Below the pieces are notes generated by a model. It was not told the DNA's origin. It did not search any database and was given only the letters and a program-made list of their open reading frames with translations. The position numbers and the translations under genes are program-made. Shown one piece after another: positions 28,830-32,035 of a stretch of 32,035 bases of DNA (the stretch's first letter is position 1; each line of letters opens with the position of its first letter). Source of the stretch: Microcoleus sp. GTDB taxonomy: Bacteria; Cyanobacteriota; Cyanobacteriia; Cyanobacteriales; Microcoleaceae. Location of the stretch: the NCBI GenBank assembly GCA_042408215.1, contig JAYFMW010000023.1, positions 1 through 32,035 of the forward strand, read 5' to 3'.

Positions 28830-29756
28830 ATGCACATACCTGATGGCTTTCTTTCACCGCCCGTAGCCGTAGCCACCGGCATAGCAAGTGCAGCAGTAAT
28901 TGCAGTTGCCTTGAATCGAACGCGCGAAAGTCTTGGGCTGCGACAAGCCCCAATCATGGGTTTAACCACAGCTTTCGTGTTTGCGGCTCAGATGATTAAC
29001 TTTCCCGTAGCAGGCGGCACCAGCGGGCACTTGTTAGGAGGCGCGCTAGCATCTGTCGTTTTGGGGAGCCCTTGGGCGGCAACTCTGGCGATGAGCACGG
29101 TTTTTATAATTCAGAGCGTCTTATTTGCCGATGGGGGTATCACCGCCCTGGGAGCCAATATTTTTAATATGGGGCTAGTCGGAATTTGGGTGGGCTGGTG
29201 GCTGTTGCAGCCATTGCAGCGACTGTTGGGAGGCTCCAGAAATCGTTTGCCGCTAGCCGCGGGGATTGCAGCCGCCCTCAGTGTTGTGGCTGCTTCGATT
29301 TGTGTGGCGATCGAATTGGCAATTTCTGGAACAGTAGCACTTAATATTGCATTGCCAGCAATGGTAGGTGTTCATATTTTAATCGGCCTTGGCGAAGGGC
29401 TAATTACAGGCGGTGTTTTAACTTATCTCGTCAAAGTACGGCCGGATTTGTTACCAGGAGAACAGCCACAATTGCAGAAATGGCTAGTGCCAGTAATTGG
29501 GGTTTTATTAATTAGTGGCGTGCTGTCGCTGTTCGCTTCAAGTTGGCCTGACGGGTTAGAAGCGGTAGCAGAAAAATACGGTTTTAAAGATCAAGAAGCT
29601 GTGGCGATTGAGAATCCCACTCCTTTAGCAGATTACAGTGTTAAAGGATTAGAAGAACAGCCTATAGGTACTAGCATTGCTGGACTTTTAGGCTCTGCTG
29701 TCAGTTTCGGCGCGGCTTTTGGGATTGCTCAGTTGGTTAAACCTAAAGATGCTTAA
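28830..29756 (+). CDS. cbiM: Ni/Co ECF transporter substrate component, CbiM/NikM fused to a PDGLE (NikN-like) domain
   Basis: MHIPDGFL N-terminus, GGTSGHLLGG, ASSWPDGLE. Confidence 0.92.
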   Translation: MHIPDGFLSPPVAVATGIASAAVIAVALNRTRESLGLRQAPIMGLTTAFVFAAQMINFPVAGGTSGHLLGGALASVVLGSPWAATLAMSTVFIIQSVLFADGGITALGANIFNMGLVGIWVGWWLLQPLQRLLGGSRNRLPLAAGIAAALSVVAASICVAIELAISGTVALNIALPAMVGVHILIGLGEGLITGGVLTYLVKVRPDLLPGEQPQLQKWLVPVIGVLLISGVLSLFASSWPDGLEAVAEKYGFKDQEAVAIENPTPLADYSVKGLEEQPIGTSIAGLLGSAVSFGAAFGIAQLVKPKDA

Positions 29757-30405
29757 ATTCTCCATACCTTTTCGACTGCGACTGTCTCTCACAATTGTGA
29801 TTGGCATTGGTTTTATGAAGACAGGCGCTTGGCTGTGGCTGGGAATTTATGGGGCGATCGCACTTGTGTGGTCATTGTGGCTGAGAGCGCCTCTGCGAAC
29901 CTTAGTACAACTGTTAGGAGCAGAATTAATTTTTCTCTCCTTATTAGTGCTACCGCAAGGTTGGGAACGTGCGAGTTTTCTGTTGGTACGTTCCCTAATT
30001 TGTCTGCTAATTATGAACAGTTTTCTGCTAACCTTGCCGCCGCACAGTTTCGGCATAGCCCTCAAAGGATTGCCGCTACCAGCAGGCTTGCAAGAGATTG
30101 TGCTTTTAGCGGGACAATACTTAGAAATCTTGCTAGCCGAAGTCAGCCGCATGAAAATATCGGCTCAACTACGAGGCTTATCGGGTACGGGTGGATGGCT
30201 GAGATACGCCAGTGCTTCCATGATCGGAGCGCTTTATTTGCGAAGTCTCGATCGGGCTGAGAGAGTTCATGCAGCCATGCTAATTCGCGGCTATCAAGGA
30301 AGTTTGCCGACCGACTCAAAATCGACACCAAAAGAGCGACTCTGGCTGACAGTAACAATGTTAATGGCTGCCGGATTAACCATAGCTTCTTATGGTAAAT
30401 TGTAA
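29749..30405 (+). CDS. cbiQ: ECF transporter transmembrane component CbiQ/NikQ
   Basis: SAQLRG, LRSLDRAERVHAAMLIRGY; overlaps the cbiM stop. Confidence 0.9.
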   Translation: MLKFSIPFRLRLSLTIVIGIGFMKTGAWLWLGIYGAIALVWSLWLRAPLRTLVQLLGAELIFLSLLVLPQGWERASFLLVRSLICLLIMNSFLLTLPPHSFGIALKGLPLPAGLQEIVLLAGQYLEILLAEVSRMKISAQLRGLSGTGGWLRYASASMIGALYLRSLDRAERVHAAMLIRGYQGSLPTDSKSTPKERLWLTVTMLMAAGLTIASYGKL

Positions 30406-30486
30406 TGGGTTATTGGTTATTGGTTATTAGTTATTGGTGCTGGTAAATGAGATAATAACAAATAACTAATAACAACTGACTTCTGA

Positions 30487-30589
30487 TATCAAATCCGGCT
30501 CTACACCCCCCTGATCTTCCTCCTCTTCTTTGTGTCCTTCGCGTCTTCGCGGTTTATTAAAAAGGGGGGTTAGGTCAGCGGATTTGGTA
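30487..30589. mobile_element. 103-bp MITE with a TGA target duplication
   Basis: TGA|TATCAAATCCG...CGGATTTGGTA|TGA. Confidence 0.8.
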
Positions 30590-30595
30590 TGAATT

Positions 30596-30730
30596 CTATA
30601 GCAACCGCCTGGGCAGTTAAGAGATAGTAACAGCAGTAGAGTGGGCGCTGCTGTGACGATATTTCTGCTAAGATGATAGCAGTGCCCTCCCTACCAGAAT
30701 TTGTCCTCACCTATGGGGCGAGTGCTATAG
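30596..30730. mobile_element. MITE-like element with CTATAGCA...TGCTATAG ends and an internal GC hairpin
   Basis: CTATAGCAACCGCC / GGCGAGTGCTATAG; internal GGGCGCTGCT...AGCAGTGCCC. Confidence 0.65.
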
Positions 30731-30836
30731 TTGGATTGGGAGTTTTTTACCGCAGATCTCAGCGGATGAACGCGGATGCAATTTCCGAAGTGTTGAGCTG
30801 CGTTGATCTGTGGCCCAAAAAAAGCAGGATTACCTA

Positions 30837-30951
30837 TTGACGTTGGTGGATTTTTTGTGGTATATTTTAGATAATGGGAGTGGTGGCACAAATAAAAAAA
30901 ATGCCACCACTCCCATTATTAGATTGTACTTGATTAAATCCTGAGAGTCAA
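30837..30951. promoter_or_regulatory. Face-to-face dual promoter/hairpin module, type B copy 1
   Basis: + TTGACG-N18-TATATT (TGn extended); - TTGACT-N17-TACAAT; perfect 18-bp IR ATAATGGGAGTGGTGGCA/TGCCACCACTCCCATTAT with a 13-nt loop. Confidence 0.7.
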
Positions 30952-31369
30952 GGGTTTAACCCTAAAAAAAATGGCGATTTTTTTTTATTTCAATCAAGTA
31001 AAATTTCCCTGACTAGAGCAACAGCCAGGGCAGTAGGGTAACGTCCGTTCGACCTGGGAAGGGATTGATTCGCGGTCGCAATTCTGCAATAATCTCAAAT
31101 CTCAAATTAGTTATTAGTTATTAGTTATTAGTTATTGGTGCTGGTAAATTTGAGAATAACAAATAACTCATCAGAACTGACTGCTGAACCCAAATTTCTC
31201 CTAAGATGATAGCAGTGCCCTCCCTACCAGAATTTGTCCTCACCTATGGGGCGAGTGCTATAGTTGGATTGGGAGTTTTTTACCGCAGATCTCAGCGGAT
31301 GAACGCGGATGCAATTTCCGAAGTGTTGATCCGCGTTGATCTGCGGCCCAAAAAAAGCAGGATTACCTA

Positions 31370-31484
31370 TTGACTTTGGTGGATTTTTTGTGGTATATTT
31401 TAGATAATGGGAGTGGTGGCACAAATAAAAAAAATGCCACCACTCCCATTATTAGATTGTACTTGATTAAATCCTGAGAGTCAA
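31370..31484. promoter_or_regulatory. Dual promoter/hairpin module, type B copy 2
   Basis: As copy 1, with + strand -35 TTGACT. Confidence 0.7.
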
Positions 31485-31911
31485 GGGTTTAACCCTAAAA
31501 AAAATGGCGATTTTTTTTTATTTCAATCAAGTAAAATTTCCCTGACTAGAGCAACAGCCAGGGCAGTAGGGTAGCGTCCGTTCGACCTGGGAAGGGATTG
31601 ATTCGCGGTCGCAATTCTTGAATAATCTCAAATCTCAAATTAGTTATTAGTTATTAGTTATTAGTTATTGGTGCTGGTAAATTTGAGAATAACAAATAAC
31701 TCATCAGAACTGACTGCTGAACCCAAATTTCTGCTAAGATGATAGCAGTGCCCTCCCTACCAGAATTTGTCCTAACTTATTTGGCGAGTGCTATAGTTGG
31801 ATTGGGAGTTTTTACCGCAGAGTTCAGCGGATGAACGCTGATGAACGCTGATGCAATTTCCGAAGTGTTGAGCCGCGTTGATCTGCGGCCCTAAAAAAGC
31901 AGGATTACCTA

Positions 31912-32026
31912 TTGACTTGGGTGGATTTCTTGTGGTATATTTTAGATAATGGGAGTGGTGGCAAAAATAAAAAAAATGCCACCACTCCCATTATTAGATT
32001 GTACTTGATTAAATCCTGAGAGTCAA
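31912..32026. promoter_or_regulatory. Dual promoter/hairpin module, type B copy 3
   Basis: As copy 2; substitutions fall only in the promoter spacer and hairpin loop. Confidence 0.7.
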
Positions 32027-32035
32027 GGGTGTAAC

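Larger units (their letters stand above)
30661..32035. repeat. Tandem array, 533-bp unit x at least 2.6 (runs off the window)
   Basis: Units start at 30661, 31194 and 31727; the third copy is more diverged (10-nt ATGAACGCTG duplication, SNPs). Confidence 0.95.

Noticed and set aside
30874..30933. 19-aa leaderless ORF MGVVAQIKKMPPLPLLDCT in the hairpin
   Set aside because: The type A module has ATG GGA GTA TGA (3 aa), so coding is not conserved
30691..31424. Repeated 66-aa ORF (MCHHSHY...) as a toxin or peptide expressed from the module
   Set aside because: TTG start lies in the hairpin loop, the frame is not preserved in the third copy or in type A modules, and it is not hydrophobic

Overview
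Chromosomal window from a filamentous cyanobacterium (Oscillatoriales/Microcoleus-like, inferred from abundant HIP1 GCGATCGC octamers, heptamer STRR repeats and gene content). Core genes: pgl, three FHA-domain genes, a DUF1997-like gene, pheA, a pentapeptide-repeat gene, a Lon N-domain gene, the rpsL-rpsG-fusA-tufA-rpsJ operon, an HD-family gene, rpaA, an iron cluster (ferritin-like + FTR1 permease with Fur-like boxes) and a Ni/Co ECF transporter (cbiM/nikMN-cbiQ). Mobile and repeat DNA is dense. There are two adjacent IS607 elements (one decayed; one intact with an extra upstream small ORF). Two IS200/IS605-type mini-elements are nested and look omegaRNA-only. A decayed IscB/HEARO element is inserted exactly at the rpaA start codon. 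Several MITEs and three separate tandem duplications (645, 386 and 533 bp) are also present. The most unusual signal is a ~115-bp palindromic module in 5 copies of two sequence types: two face-to-face sigma70 promoters both fire into a shared ATAATGG(G)AGT hairpin, and every copy lies in a tandem-amplified unit. All calls are from manual reading; no searches were run.
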